DNA from: Balanoglossus misakiensis
Lineage: Eukaryota > Animalia > Hemichordata
Direction: 5' to 3'
Assembly (NCBI GenBank): GCA_040954595.2
Contig: CM082591.2
Span: 10,991,309-11,055,308, forward strand
Length of the DNA stretch: 64,000 nt
Of this stretch, positions 1 to 14,337 are shown one piece after another. The position numbers and the translations under genes are program-made. The first letter of the stretch is position 1, and every line of letters starts with the position of its first letter. The notes under the pieces are model-generated. The model saw only the letters and a program-made list of their open reading frames with translations. It made no database searches and was not told the origin of the DNA.

Positions 1-3000
1 TTGTAAACAAACGAGGCTGTGTTTGGAAGCAACCATGGAAACTTTACAACTATCCGTCGATCTATAGAGTCCAGTGGAAAACTTTCTTATCCTCATAGGG
101 CTATCATGTGTTCTGCGCATCACAACAGAATTTTGTAAACAAACGAGGCTGTGTTTGGAAGCAACAATGGAAACTTTAGAACTATCCGTCGATCTACAGA
201 GTCTAGTGGAAAACTTTCTTATGCGCATAGACCTATCTGTTCTGCGCATCACAACAGAATTTTGTAAACAAACGAGGCTGTGTTTGGAAGCAAACATGGA
301 AACTTTAGAACTATCCGTCGATCTGCAGAGTCTAGTGGAAAACTTTCTTATGCGCATAGACCTATCATGTGTTCTGCGCATCACAACAGAATTTTGTAAA
401 CAAACGAGGCTGTGTTTGGAAGCAACCATGGAAACTTTAGAACTATCCGTCGATCTACAGAGTCTAGTGGAAAACTTTCTTATGCGCATAGACCTATCAT
501 GTGCTCTGCGCATCACAACTGATTTCCTTAAATAACCGAGGCTGTGTTTGGAAGCATCCATGGAAATTTTAGAACTATCCGTCGATCTACCGAGTCTATC
601 AGAAAACTTTCTCATGCGCATAGGTCTATCGTGTGTTCTGCGCATCACAACAGATTTCCTCAAATAAACGAGGGTGTGTTTGGAAGCAACCATGGAAACT
701 TTAGAACTATCCGTCGATCGACAGAGTCTAGTGGAAAACTTTCTTATGCGCATAGACCTATCATGTGTTCTGCGCATCACAACAGAATTTTGTAAACAAA
801 CGAGGCTGTGTTTGGAAGCAACCATGGAAACTTTACAACTATCCGTCGATCTATAGAGTCCAGTGGAAAACTTTCTTATCCTCATAGGGCTATCATGTGT
901 TCTGCGCATCACAACAGAATTTTGTAAACAAACGAGGCTGTGTTTTGAAGCAACCATGGAAACTTTAGAACTATCCGTCGATCTACAGAGTCTAATGGAA
1001 AACTTTCTTATGCGCATAGACCTATCATGTGTTCTGCGCATCACAACAGAATTTTGTAAACAAACGAGGCTGTGTTTGGAAGCAAACATGGAAACTTTAG
1101 AACTATCCGTCGATCTACAGAGTCTAGTGGAAAACTTTCTTATGCGCATAGGCCTATCATGTTTTCTGCGCATCACAACAGAATTCGGTAAATAAACGAG
1201 GGTGTGTTTGGAAGCAACCATGGAAACTTTAGAACTATCCGTCGATCGACAGAGTCTAGTGGAAAACTTTCTTATGCGCATAGACCTATCATGTGTTCTG
1301 CGCATCACAACAGAATTTTGTAAACAGACGAGGCTGTGTTTGGAAGCAACCATGGAAACTTTACAACTATCCGTCGATCTATAGAGTCCAGTGGAAAACT
1401 TTCTTATCCTCATAGGGCTATCATGTGTTCTGCGCATCACAACAGAATTTTGTAAACAAACGAGGCTGTGTTTGGAAGCAACAATGGAAACTTTAGAACT
1501 ATCCGTCGATCTACAGAGTCTAGTGGAAAACTTTCTTATGCGCATAGACCTACCATGTGTTCTGCGCATCACAACAGAATTTTGTAAACAAACGAGGCTG
1601 TGTTTGGAAGCAAACATGGAAACTTTAGAACTATCCGTCGATCTGCAGAGTCTAGTGGAAAACTTTCTTATGCGCATAGACCTATCATGTGTTCTGCGCA
1701 TCACAACAGAATTTTATAAACAAACGAGGCTGTGTTTGGAAGCAACCATGGAAACTTTAGAACTATCCGTCGATCTACAGAGTCTAGTGGAAAACTTTCT
1801 TATGCGCATAGGCCTATCATGTGCTCTGCGCATCACAACTGATTTCCTTAAATAACCGAGGCTGTGTTTGGAAGCATCCATGGAAATTTTAGAACTATCC
1901 GTCGATCTACCGAGTCTATCAGAAAACTTTCTCATGCGCATAGGTCTATCGTGTGTTCTGCGCATCACAACAGAATTTTGTAAACAAACGAGGCTGTGTT
2001 TGGAAGCAACCATGGAAACTTTACAACTATCCGTCGATCTACAGAGTCTAGTGGAAAACTTTCTTATGTGCATAGGTCTATCATGTGTTCTGCGCATCAC
2101 AACATAATTTTGAAAACAATCGAGGCTGTGTTTGGAAGCAACCATGGAAACTTTAGAACTATCCGTCGATCTACAGAGTCTAGTGGAAAACTTTCTTATG
2201 CGCATAGGCCTATCATGTTTTCTGCGCATCACAACAGAATTCGGTAAATAAACGAGGGTGTGTTTGGAAGCAACCATGGAAACTTTAGAACTATCCGTCG
2301 ATCGACAGAGTCTAGTGGAAAACTTTCTTATGCGCATAGACCTATCATGTGTTCTGCGCATCACAACAGAATTTTGTAAACAAACGAGGCTGTGTTTGGA
2401 AGCAACCATGGAAACTTTACAACTATCCGTCGATCTATAGAGTCCAGTGGAAAACTTTCTTATCCTCATAGGGCTATCATGTGTTCTGCGCATCACAACA
2501 GAATTTTGTAAACAAACGAGGCTGTGTTTGGAAGCAACAATGGAAACTTTAGAACTATCCGTCGATCTACAGAGTCTAGTGGAAAACTTTCTTATGCGCA
2601 TAGACCTATCTGTTCTGCGCATCACAACAGAATTTTGTAAACAAACGAGGCTGTGTTTGGAAGCAAACATGGAAACTTTAGAACTATCCGTCGATCTGCA
2701 GAGTCTAGTGGAAAACTTTCTTATGCGCATAGACCTATCATGTGTTCTGCGCATCACAACAGAATTTTGTAAACAAACGAGGCTGTGTTTGGAAGCAACC
2801 ATGGAAACTTTAGAACTATCCGTCGATCTACAGAGTCTAGTGGAAAACTTTCTTATGCGCATAGACCTATCATGTGCTCTGCGCATCACAACTGATTTCC
2901 TTAAATAACCGAGGCTGTGTTTGGAAGCATCCATGGAAATTTTAGAACTATCCGTCGATCTACCGAGTCTATCAGAAAACTTTCTCATGCGCATAGGTCT

Positions 3001-6000
3001 ATCGTGTGTTCTGCGCATCACAACAGATTTCCTCAAATAAACGAGGGTGTGTTTGGAAGCAACCATGGAAACTTTAGAACTATCCGTCGATCGACAGAGT
3101 CTAGTGGAAAACTTTCTTATGCGCATAGACCTATCATGTGTTCTGCGCATCACAACAGAATTTTGTAAACAAACGAGGCTGTGTTTGGAAGCAACCATGG
3201 AAACTTTACAACTATCCGTCGATCTATAGAGTCCAGTGGAAAACTTTCTTATCCTCATAGGGCTATCATGTGTTCTGCGCATCACAACAGAATTTTGTAA
3301 ACAAACGAGGCTGTGTTTTGAAGCAACCATGGAAACTTTAGAACTATCCGTCGATCTACAGAGTCTAATGGAAAACTTTCTTATGCGCATAGACCTATCA
3401 TGTGTTCTGCGCATCACAACAGAATTTTGTAAACAAACGAGGCTGTGTTTGGAAGCAAACATGGAAACTTTAGAACTATCCGTCGATCTACAGAGTCTAG
3501 TGGAAAACTTTCTTATGCGCATAGGCCTATCATGTTTTCTGCGCATCACAACAGAATTCGGTAAATAAACGAGGGTGTGTTTGGAAGCAACCATGGAAAC
3601 TTTAGAACTATCCGTCGATCGACAGAGTCTAGTGGAAAACTTTCTTATGCGCATAGACCTATCATGTGTTCTGCGCATCACAACAGAATTTTGTAAACAG
3701 ACGAGGCTGTGTTTGGAAGCAACCATGGAAACTTTACAACTATCCGTCGATCTATAGAGTCCAGTGGAAAACTTTCTTATCCTCATAGGGCTATCATGTG
3801 TTCTGCGCATCACAACAGAATTTTGTAAACAAACGAGGCTGTGTTTGGAAGCAACAATGGAAACTTTAGAACTATCCGTCGATCTACAGAGTCTAGTGGA
3901 AAACTTTCTTATGCGCATAGACCTACCATGTGTTCTGCGCATCACAACAGAATTTTGTAAACAAACGAGGCTGTGTTTGGAAGCAAACATGGAAACTTTA
4001 GAACTATCCGTCGATCTGCAGAGTCTAGTGGAAAACTTTCTTATGCGCATAGACCTATCATGTGTTCTGCGCATCACAACAGAATTTTATAAACAAACGA
4101 GGCTGTGTTTGGAAGCAACCATGGAAACTTTAGAACTATCCGTCGATCTACAGAGTCTAGTGGAAAACTTTCTTATGCGCATAGGCCTATCATGTGCTCT
4201 GCGCATCACAACTGATTTCCTTAAATAACCGAGGCTGTGTTTGGAAGCATCCATGGAAATTTTAGAACTATCCGTCGATCTACCGAGTCTATCAGAAAAC
4301 TTTCTCATGCGCATAGGTCTATCGTGTGTTCTGCGCATCACAACAGAATTTTGTAAACAAACGAGGCTGTGTTTGGAAGCAACCATGGAAACTTTACAAC
4401 TATCCGTCGATCTACAGAGTCTAGTGGAAAACTTTCTTATGTGCATAGGTCTATCATGTGTTCTGCGCATCACAACATAATTTTGAAAACAATCGAGGCT
4501 GTGTTTGGAAGCAACCATGGAAACTTTAGAACTATCCGTCGATCTACAGAGTCTAGTGGAAAACTTTCTTATGCGCATAGGCCTATCATGTTTTCTGCGC
4601 ATCACAGCAGAATTCGGTAAATAAACGAGGGTGTGTTTGGAAGCAACCATGGAAACTTTAGAACTATCCGTCGATCGACAGAGTCTAGTGGAAAACTTTC
4701 TTATGCGCATAGACCTATCATGTCTTCTGCGCATCACAACAGAATTTTGTAAACAAACGAGGCTGTGTTTGGAAGCAACCATGGAAACTTTACAACTATC
4801 CGTCGATCTATAGAGTCCAGTGGAAAACTTTCTTATCCTCATAGGGCTATCATGTGTTCTGCGCATCACAACAGAATTTTGTAAACAAACGAGGCTGTGT
4901 TTGGAAGCAACAATGGAAACTTTAGAACTATCCGTCGATCTATAGAGTCCAGTGGAAAACTTTCTTATCCTCATAGGGCTATCATGTGTTCTGCGCATCA
5001 CAACAGAATTTTGTAAACAAACGAGGGTGTGTTTGGAAGCAACCATGGAAACTTTAGAACTATCCGTCGATCTACAGAGTCTAGTGGAAAACTTTCTTAT
5101 GCGCATAGACCTATCATGTGTTCTGCGCATCACAACAGAATTTTGTAAACAAACGAGGCTGTGTTTGGAAGCAACAATGGAAACTTTAGAACTATCCGTC
5201 GATCTACAGAGTCTAGTGGAAAACTTTCTTATGCGCATAGACCTATCATGTGTTCTGCGCATCACAACAGAATTTTGTAAACAAACGAGGCTGTGTTTGG
5301 AAGCAAACATGGAAACTTTAGAACTATCCGTCGATCTACAGAGTCTAGTGGAAAACTTTCTTATGCGCATAGACCTATCATGTGTTCTGCGCATCACAAC
5401 AGAATTTTGTAAACAAACGAGGCTGTGTTTGGAAGCAACCATGGAAATTTTAGAACTATCCGTCGATCTACCGAGTCTATCAGAAAACTTTCTCATGCGC
5501 ATAGGTCTATCGTGTGTTCTGCGCATCACAACAGATTTCCTCAAATAAACGAGGCTGTGTTTGGAAGCAACCATGGAAATTTTAGAACTATCCGTCGATC
5601 TACTGAGTCTAGTGGAAAACTTTCTTATGCGCATAGGCCTATCTATGTGTTCTGCGCTTCACAACAGATTTCCTTAAATAAACGAGGCTGTGTTTGGAAG
5701 CAACCATGGAAATTTTAGAACTATCCGTCGATCTACAGAGTCTAGTGGAAAACTTTCTTATGTGCATAGGTATATCATGTGTTCTACGCATCACAACATA
5801 AGTTTGAAAACAATCGAGGCTGTGTTTGGAAGCAACCCTGGAAACTTTAGAACTATCCGTCGATCTACTGAGTCTAGTGGAAAACTTTCTTATGCGCATA
5901 GACCTATCATGTGTTCTGCGCATCACAACAGAATTTTGTAAACAAACGAGGCTGTGTTTGGAAGCAACAATGGAAACTTTAGAACTATCCGTCGATCTAT

Positions 6001-9000
6001 AGAGTCCAGTGGAAAACTTTCTTATCCTCATAGGGCTATCATGTGTTCTGCGCATCACAACAGAATTTTGTAAACAAACGAGGGTGTGTTTGGAAGCAAC
6101 CATGGAAACTTTAGAACTATCCGTCGATCTACAGAGTCTAGTGGAAAACTTTCTTATGCGCATAGACCTATCATGTGTTCTGAGCATCACAACAGAATTT
6201 TGTAAACAAACGAGGCTGTGTTTGGAAGCAACAATGGAAACTTTAGAACTATCCGTCGATCTACAGAGTCTAGTGGAAAACTTTCTTATGCGCATAGACC
6301 TATCATGTGTTCTGCGCATCACAACAGAATTTTGTAAACAAACGAGGCTGTGTTTGGAAGCAAACATGGAAACTTTAGAACTATCCGTCGATCTACAGAG
6401 TCTAGTGGAAAACTTTCTTATGCGCATAGACCTATGATGTGTTCTGCGCATCACAACAGAATTTTGTAAACAAACGAGGCTGTGTTTGGAAGCAACCATG
6501 GAAATTTTAGAACTATCCGTCGATCTACCGAGTCTATCAGAAAACTTTCTCATGCGCATAGGTCTATCGTGTGTTCTGCGCATCACAACAGATTTCCTCA
6601 AATAAACGAGGCTGTGTTTGGAAGCAACCATGGAAATTTTAGAACTATCCGTCGATCTACTGAGTCTAGTGGAAAACTTTCTTATGCGCATAGGCCTATC
6701 TATGTGTTCTGCGCTTCACAACAGATTTCCTAAAATAAACGAGGCTGTGTTTGGAAGCAACCATGGAAATTTTAGAACTATCCGTCGATCTACAGAGTCT
6801 AGTGGAAAACTTTCTTATGTGCATAGGTATATCATGTGTTCTGCGCATCACAACATAAGTTTGAAAACAATCGAGGCTGTGTTTGGAAGCAACCCTGGAA
6901 ACTTTAGAACTATCCGTCGATCTACAGAGTCTAGTGGAAAACTTTCTTATGCGCATAGGCCTATCATGTTTTCTGCGCATCACAACAGAATTCGGTAAAT
7001 AAACGAGGGTGTGTTTGGAAGCAACCATGGAAACTTTAGAACTATCCGTCGATCGACAGAGTCTAGTGGAAAACTTTCTTATGCGCATAGACCTATCATG
7101 TGTTCTGCGCATCACAACAGAATTTTGTAAACAAACGAGGCTGTGTTTGGAAGCAACCATGGAAACTTTACAACTATCCGTCGATCTATAGAGTCCAGTG
7201 GAAAACTTTCTTATCCTCATAGGGCTATCATGTGTTCTGCGCATCACAACAGAATTTTGTAAACAAACGAGGCTGTGTTTGGAAGCAACAATGGAAACTT
7301 TAGAACTATCCGTCGATCTATAGAGTCCAGTGGAAAACTTTCTTATCCTCATAGGGCTATCATGTGTTCTGCGCATCACAACAGAATTTTGTAAACAAAC
7401 GAGGGTGTGTTTGGAAGCAACCATGGAAACTTTAGAACTCTCCGTCGATCTACAGAGTCTAGTGGAAAACTTTCTTATGCGCATAGACCTATCATGTGTT
7501 CTGCGCACCACAGCAGAATTTTGTAAACAAACGAGGCTGTGTTTGGAAGCAACCATGGAAATTTTAGAACTATCCGTCGATCTACCGAGTCTATCAGAAA
7601 ACTTTCTCATGCGCATAGGTCTATCGTGTGTTCTGCGCATCACAACAGATTTCCTCAAATAAACGAGGCTGTGTTTGGAAGCAACCATGGAAATTTTAGA
7701 ACTATCCGTCGATCTACTGAGTCTAGTGGAAAACTTTCTTATGCGCATAGGCCTATCTATGTGTTCTGCGCTTCACAACAGATTTCCTTAAATAAACGAG
7801 GCTGTGTTTGGAAGCAACCATGGAAATTTTAGAACTATCCGTCGATCTACAGAGTCTAGTGGAAAACTTTCTTATGTGCATAGGTATATCATGTGTTCTG
7901 CGCATCACAACATAAGTTTGAAAACAATCGAGGCTGTGTTTGGAAGCAACCCTGGAAACTTTAGAACTATCCGTCGATCTACAGAGTCTAGTGGAAAACT
8001 TTCTTATGCGCATAGGCCTATCATGTTTTCTGCGCATCACAACAGAATTCGGTAAATAAACGAGGGTGTGTTTGGAAGCAACCATGGAAACTTTAGAACT
8101 ATCCGTCGATCGACAGAGTCTAGTGGAAAACTTTCTTATGCGCATAGACCTATCATGTGTTCTGCGCATCACAACAGAATTTTGTAAACAAACGAGGGTG
8201 TGTTTGGAAGCAACCATGGAAACTTTACAACTATCCGTCGATCTATAGAGTCCAGTGGAAAACTTTCTTATCCTCATAGGGCTATCATGTGTTCTGCGCA
8301 TCACAACAGAATTTTGTAAACAAACGAGGCTGTGTTTGGAAGCAACAATAGAAACTTTAGAACTATCCGTCGATCTATAGAGTCCAGTGGAAAACTTTCT
8401 TATCCTCATAGGGCTATCATGTGTTCTGCGCATCACAACAGAATTTTGTAAACAAACGAGGGTGTGTTTGGAAGCAACCATGGAAACTTTAGAACTCTCC
8501 GTCGATCTACAGAGTCTAGTGGAAAACTTTCTTATGCGCATAGACCTATCATGTGTTCTGCGCACCACAGCAGAATTTTGTAAACAAACGAGGCTGTGTT
8601 TGGAAGCAACCATGGAAATTTTAGAACTATCCGTCGATCTACCGAGTCTATCAGAAAACTTTCTCATGCGCATAGGTCTATCGTGTGTTCTGCGCATCAC
8701 AACAGATTTCCTCAAATAAACGAGGCTGTGTTTGGAAGCAACCATGGAAATTTTAGAACTATCCGTCGATCTACAGAGTCTAGTGGAAAACTTTCTTATG
8801 CGCATAGACCTATCATGTGTTCTGCGCATCACAACAGAATTTTGTAAACAAACGAGGCTGTGTTTGGAAGCAACCATGGAAATTTTAGAACTATCCGTCG
8901 ATCTACCGAGTCTATCAGAAAACTTTCTCATGCGCATAGGTCTATCGTGTGTTCTGCGCATCACAACAGATTTCCTCAAATAAACGAGGCTGTGTTTGGA

Positions 9001-11735
9001 AGCAACCATGGAAATTTTAGAACTATCCGTCGATCTACTGAGTCTAGTGGAAAACTTTCTTATGCGCATAGGCCTATCTATGTGTTCTGCGCTTCACAAC
9101 AGATTTCCTTAAATAAACGAGGCTGTGTTTGGAAGCAACCCTGGAAATTTTAGAACTATCCGTCGATCTACAGAGTCTAGTGGAAAACTTTCTTATGTGC
9201 ATAGGTATATCATGTGTTCTGCGCATCACAACATAAGTTTGAAAACAATCGAGGCTGTGTTTGGAAGCAACCCTGGAAACTTTAGAACTATCCGTCGATC
9301 TACAGAGTCTAGTGGAAAACTTTCTTATGCGCATAGGCCTATCATGTTTTCTGCGCATCACAACAGAATTCGGTAAATAAACGAGGGTGTGTTTGGAAGC
9401 AACCATGGAAACTTTAGAACTATCCGTCGATCGACAGAGTCTAGTGGAAAACTTTCTTATGCGCATAGACCTATCATGTGTTCTGCGCATCACAACAGAA
9501 TTTTGTAAACAAACGAGGCTGTGTTTGGAAGCAACCATGGAAACTTTACAACTATCCGTCGATCTATAGAGTCCAGTGGAAAACTTTCTTATCCTCATAG
9601 GGCTATCATGTGTTCTGCGCATCACAACAGAATTTTGTAAACAAACGAGGCTGTGTTTGGAAGCAACAATGGAAACTTTAGAACTATCCGTCGATCTATA
9701 GAGTCCAGTGGAAAACTTTCTTATCCTCATAGGGCTATCATGTGTTCTGCGCATCACAACAGAATTTTGTAAACAAACGAGGGTGTGTTTGGAAGCAACC
9801 ATGGAAACTTTAGAACTCTCCGTCGATCTACAGAGTCTAGTGGAAAACTTTCTTATGCGCATAGACCTATCATGTGTTCTGCGCACCACAGCAGAATTTT
9901 GTAAACAAACGAGGCTGTGTTTGGAAGCAACCATGGAAATTTTAGAACTATCCGTCGATCTACCGAGTCTATCAGAAAACTTTCTCATGCGCATAGGTCT
10001 ATCGTGTGTTCTGCGCATCACAACAGATTTCCTCAAATAAACGAGGCTGTGTTTGGAAGCAACCATGGAAATTTTAGAACTATCCGTCGATCTACAGAGT
10101 CTAGTGGAAAACTTTCTTATGCGCATAGACCTATCATGTGTTCTGCGCATCACAACAGAATTTTTTAAACAAACGAGGCCGTGTTTGGAAGCAACCATGG
10201 AAACTTTAGAACTATCCGTCGATCTACAGAGTCTAGAGGAAAACTTTCTTATCCTCATAGGCCTATCATGTGTTCTGCGCATCACAACAGAATTTTGTAA
10301 ACAAACGAGGCTGTGTTTGGAAGCAACCATGGAAACTTTAGAACTATCCTTCGATCTACAGAGTCTAGTGGAAAACTTTCTTATGCGCATAGACCTATCA
10401 TGTGTTCTGCGCATCACAACATAATTTTGTAAACAAACGAGGCTGTGTTTGGAAGCAACCATGGAAACTTTACAACTATCCGTCGATCTACAGAGTCTAG
10501 TGGAAAACTTTCTTATGCGCATAGACCTATCATGTGTTCTGCGCATCACAACAGAATTTTGTAAACAAACGAGGCCGTGTTTGGAAGCAACCATGGAAAC
10601 TTTAGAACTATCCGTCGATCTACCGAGTCTATCAGAAAACTTTCTCATGCGCATAGGTCTATCGTGTGTTCTGCGCATCACAACAGATTTCCTCAAATAA
10701 ACGAGGCTGTGTTTGGAAGCAACCATGGAAATTTTAGAACTATCCGTCGATCTACAGAGTCTAGTGGAAAACTTTCTTATATGCATAGACCTATCATGTG
10801 TTCTACGCATCACAACAGAAATCGGTAAATAAACGAGGCTGTACCATGGAAACTTTAGAACTATCCGTCGATCTACAGAGTCTAGAGGAAAACTTTCTTA
10901 TCCTCATAGGCCTATCATGTGTTCTGCGCATCACAACAGAATTTTGTAAACAAACGAGGGTGTGTTTGGAAGCAACCATGGAAACTTTAGAACTCTCCGT
11001 CGATCTACAGAGTCTAGTGGAAAACTTTCTTATGCGCATAGACCTATCATGTGTTCTGCGCACCACAGCAGAATTTTGTAAACAAACGAGGCTGTGTTTG
11101 GAAGCAACCATGGAAATTTTAGAACTATCCGTCGATCTACCGAGTCTATCAGAAAACTTTCTCATGCGCATAGGTCTATCGTGTGTTCTGCGCATCACAA
11201 CAGATTTCCTCAAATAAACGAGGCTGTATTTGGAAGCAACCATGGAAATTTTAGAACTATCCGTCGATCTACAGAGTCTAGTGGAAAACTTTCTTATGCG
11301 CATAGACCTATCATGTGTTCTGCGCATCACAACATAATTTTTTAAACAAACGAGGCCGTGTTTGGAAGCAACCATGGAAACTTTAGAACTATCCGTCGAT
11401 CTACAGAGTCTAGAGGAAAACTTTCTTATCCTCATAGGCCTATCATGTGTTCTGCGCATCACAACAGAATTTTGTAAACAAACGAGGCTGTGTTTGGAAG
11501 CAACCATGGAAACTTTAGAACTATCCGTCGATCTACAGAGTCTAGTGGAAAACTTTCTTATGCGCATAGACCTATCATGTGTTCTGCGCATCACAACATA
11601 ATTTTGTAAACAAACGAGGCTGTGTTTGGAAGCAACCATGGAAACTTTAGAACTATCCGTCGATCTACAGAGTCTAGTGGAAAACTTTCTTATGCGCATA
11701 GACCTATCATGTGTTCTGCGCATCACAACAGAATT
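1..11735. repeat. 132-bp satellite DNA array (~89 monomers in window, continues off the left edge) with higher-order repeats
   Basis: Monomer ttgtaaacaaacgaggctgtgtttggaagcaaccatggaaactttagaactatccgtcgatctacagagtctagtggaaaactttcttatgcgcatagacctatcatgtgttctgcgcatcacaacagaatt recurs every 132 bp. Variant patterns recur at 2373, 1057 and 1321 bp. Confidence 0.98.
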
Positions 11736-11788
11736 ACCGAATTCTGTTGTGATGCGCAGAACACATGATAGGCCTATGAGGATAAGAA
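11703..11788. repeat. Fold-back inversion terminating the satellite array
   Basis: 33-bp perfect arms (11703-11735 and 11740-11772) around a 4-nt spacer accg. The inverted monomer fragment extends to ~11788. Confidence 0.93.
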
Positions 11789-12567
11789 GGTGACAATGTC
11801 ATTTACCTACCCTATAGAAGGACCCACAATTTCCCTTTGACACATAGACAGAAAAAGAGACTGCAAAATATTGCAATAACACAAACTGCAACAATTCAAA
11901 TTATCATGTCCTTTTATAAATCAAGTCAGAACTGCATGAACTAAAAATTCACCCCGCACCAAAACCCAGGAAAACCCTTTTATTTATAAGGGAAAAAACT
12001 GGGAAAGCGTAGGTGATTTATAAAGTTAACAAAGAATTGAAATTTCCATTAATGCCTCTTGTAAAGCTATTTTCAAATAAACATGCTAATCTGGCATAAA
12101 TATATAGTAGAAAGAGTAAGATAATGTTGAATATTTTAAAAAATCAAGCAAAATTTGATAATTACAGTTAAACTGATTAAAATTAATACTTCATCACTGA
12201 AATAATGAAGTGTTTCAGTGAATTAATAATGGGGATGGTGTTCTATAAATAAAGTAACCTCTACAAATAAAGGGCCACAATCACTTGAATGAAATTTTTA
12301 ACAATAACAATGCTGATTATGCATACAAGATGTATACGAGATGTATACAAGATGTATACAAGATGCATGTATGAGAATAAATCTCATAAAAACTTCAAAT
12401 AAAATTCATATTAAAATAGGAAGAAGGATAATATAAAACTGTTGCTGCACACAAACGTTGTGTGAAAAGTCACTAAAAGGTCTGATAACAGAAAAAGTAT
12501 ACTAGACTTGAAAGTAAAGTAACTGAAAACTGAATGTCAACCACTGCATATGCTTGCAGTGAAAGGT

Positions 12568-13500
12568 GACTAATGAACTGATCCCAGGAAACTATACTGG
12601 ACTTGAAGGATCTATTGCAATTGTTTTCATCATGAAATCAGGTTAGTTATGCAATGCATATGGAATTCTCAAATATATTGCAAATTGAAACCTTGTCATC
12701 TGTTATAGCCACTGGGAAAACTTCTTAAAGATCCCGAAATTGGGAGAAAAGACGTTAACACTGAGATAAATGATGAAATCTCCAAACACACACTGACATC
12801 AAAACTGTTCCACAAATAATAAACTCTTGACAATGTCAAGCAAAAACAAAGTGAAACCTTATCTAATGTAGCCATTAGAAAAAGTTTAATTTCATTAAAG
12901 CCCTCGTAACATTGAGGGAAAAGGACATAAAGATGAATGTTCAAATGCAAAATAACTGAAATCTGCAAGTGTATCAAAAATAGAAAACTTTGGAAAAATA
13001 AATACTAAAATGTTAAGTTTTTTATTGTTCAAAAAGTACAAATAATGTGTTGCCTGTAAGCCGTGTTGCATGGGCTCGATAATATTCAATTTATGAGCAA
13101 ATTTACTGCTATTATACTCCACTCCCACCCCAAATAAAATAAACATTATGCCTATATGGCTTCTGCAAACACATTATTTATGTATTTGTAAAGAAAATGT
13201 TCGTCTAAAATTTAAAACACTATAAAGATTCACATGATGCGTATATGCATGCAACAATGTGTAAAAACACAAATTTCATATTAAAATGTGAAAAATAAAA
13301 TATATAGCGGTATATCAAACTGTTGAGCACTACACACACGTGTGAAAAGCGACTAATGAACTGATCCCAGGAAACTATACTGGACTTGAAGGATCTATTG
13401 CAATTTTTCTTTATCATCAAATCAAGTTAGTCATGTCGCACATATGGTAGTATCAAAACATATTGCAATTTAACCCTTCTCATCTGTTATAGCCATTAGA
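12568..13500. repeat. Diverged direct duplication (~150 bp, ~783 bp apart)
   Basis: gactaatgaactgatcccaggaaactatactggacttgaaggatctattgcaatt...catctgttatagcca occurs at ~12568 and ~13351. Confidence 0.8.
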
Positions 13501-13604
13501 AAAAATTCATTAAAGACATACCCTAAAAAGGAAAAAAAGGACACATAGGTGAATGTTAAAATGATCATACACACATATACACATTCTTTATTTATAATAT
13601 GGGA

Positions 13605-14285
13605 AAATACATTGTAGAAAGCAGCAGGCGCGCGCGCAAAGACATCATTTGCTTGAAGAGGGACTTCTTCTGCAAGTGTGGTGAACCAGCTTCATCAGAT
13701 AACAAAAAAATCCAGACACGCGAAGAACCATGAAAATCAGAAAGGACATTGCAGAAACGACAGACGCGCGTGCAAAGACATAATTTGCTTGAAGAGGGAC
13801 TTCTTCTGCAAGTGTGGTGAACCAGCTTCATCAGATAACAAAAAAATCCAGACACGCGAAGAACCATGAAAATCAGAAAGGACATTGCAGAAACGACAGA
13901 CGCGCGTGCAAAGACATAATTTGCTTGAAGAGGGACTTCTTCTGCAAGTGTGGTGAACCAGCTTCATCAGATAACAAAAAAATCCAGACACGCGAAGAAC
14001 CATGAAAATCAGGAAGGACATTGCAGAAAGCGACAGGTGCGCGTGCAAAGACATCATTTGCTTGAAGAGGGACTGCAATCTTCGGACTTTTTCTGCAAGT
14101 GTGGTGAACCAGCTTCATCAGATAACCACAAAAAATCCAGACACGCGAAGAATCATGAAAATCAGAAAGGACACTGCAGCAAGCGACAGATGCGCGTGCA
14201 AAGACATAATTTGCTTGAAGAGGAACTTCTTCTGTATGTGTAGTGAACCAGCTTCATCAGATAACCAAATACAACCAAGACATGC
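13605..14285. repeat. 136-bp tandem repeat, ~5 copies
   Basis: Unit containing tgcaagtgtggtgaaccagcttcatcagataac recurs at a 136-bp period in the first copies (13678, 13814, 13950); later copies are diverged. Confidence 0.93.
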
Positions 14286-14337
14286 CTAGAATAACGAAAA
14301 TTTAAATATGAATTCAAAAAAAAAAATAAGTATGACA

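Noticed and set aside
1714-11726. Long minus-strand ORFs (up to 787 aa) and many plus-strand ORFs in the satellite
   Set aside because: The 132-bp monomer is a multiple of 3 and happens to be stop-free in one frame. Products are pure 44-aa repeats broken by indels and stops, with no gene context.
1-11735. CRISPR-like regular repeats
   Set aside because: There are no unique spacers, the whole unit is repeated, no cas genes are present, and the context is eukaryotic.
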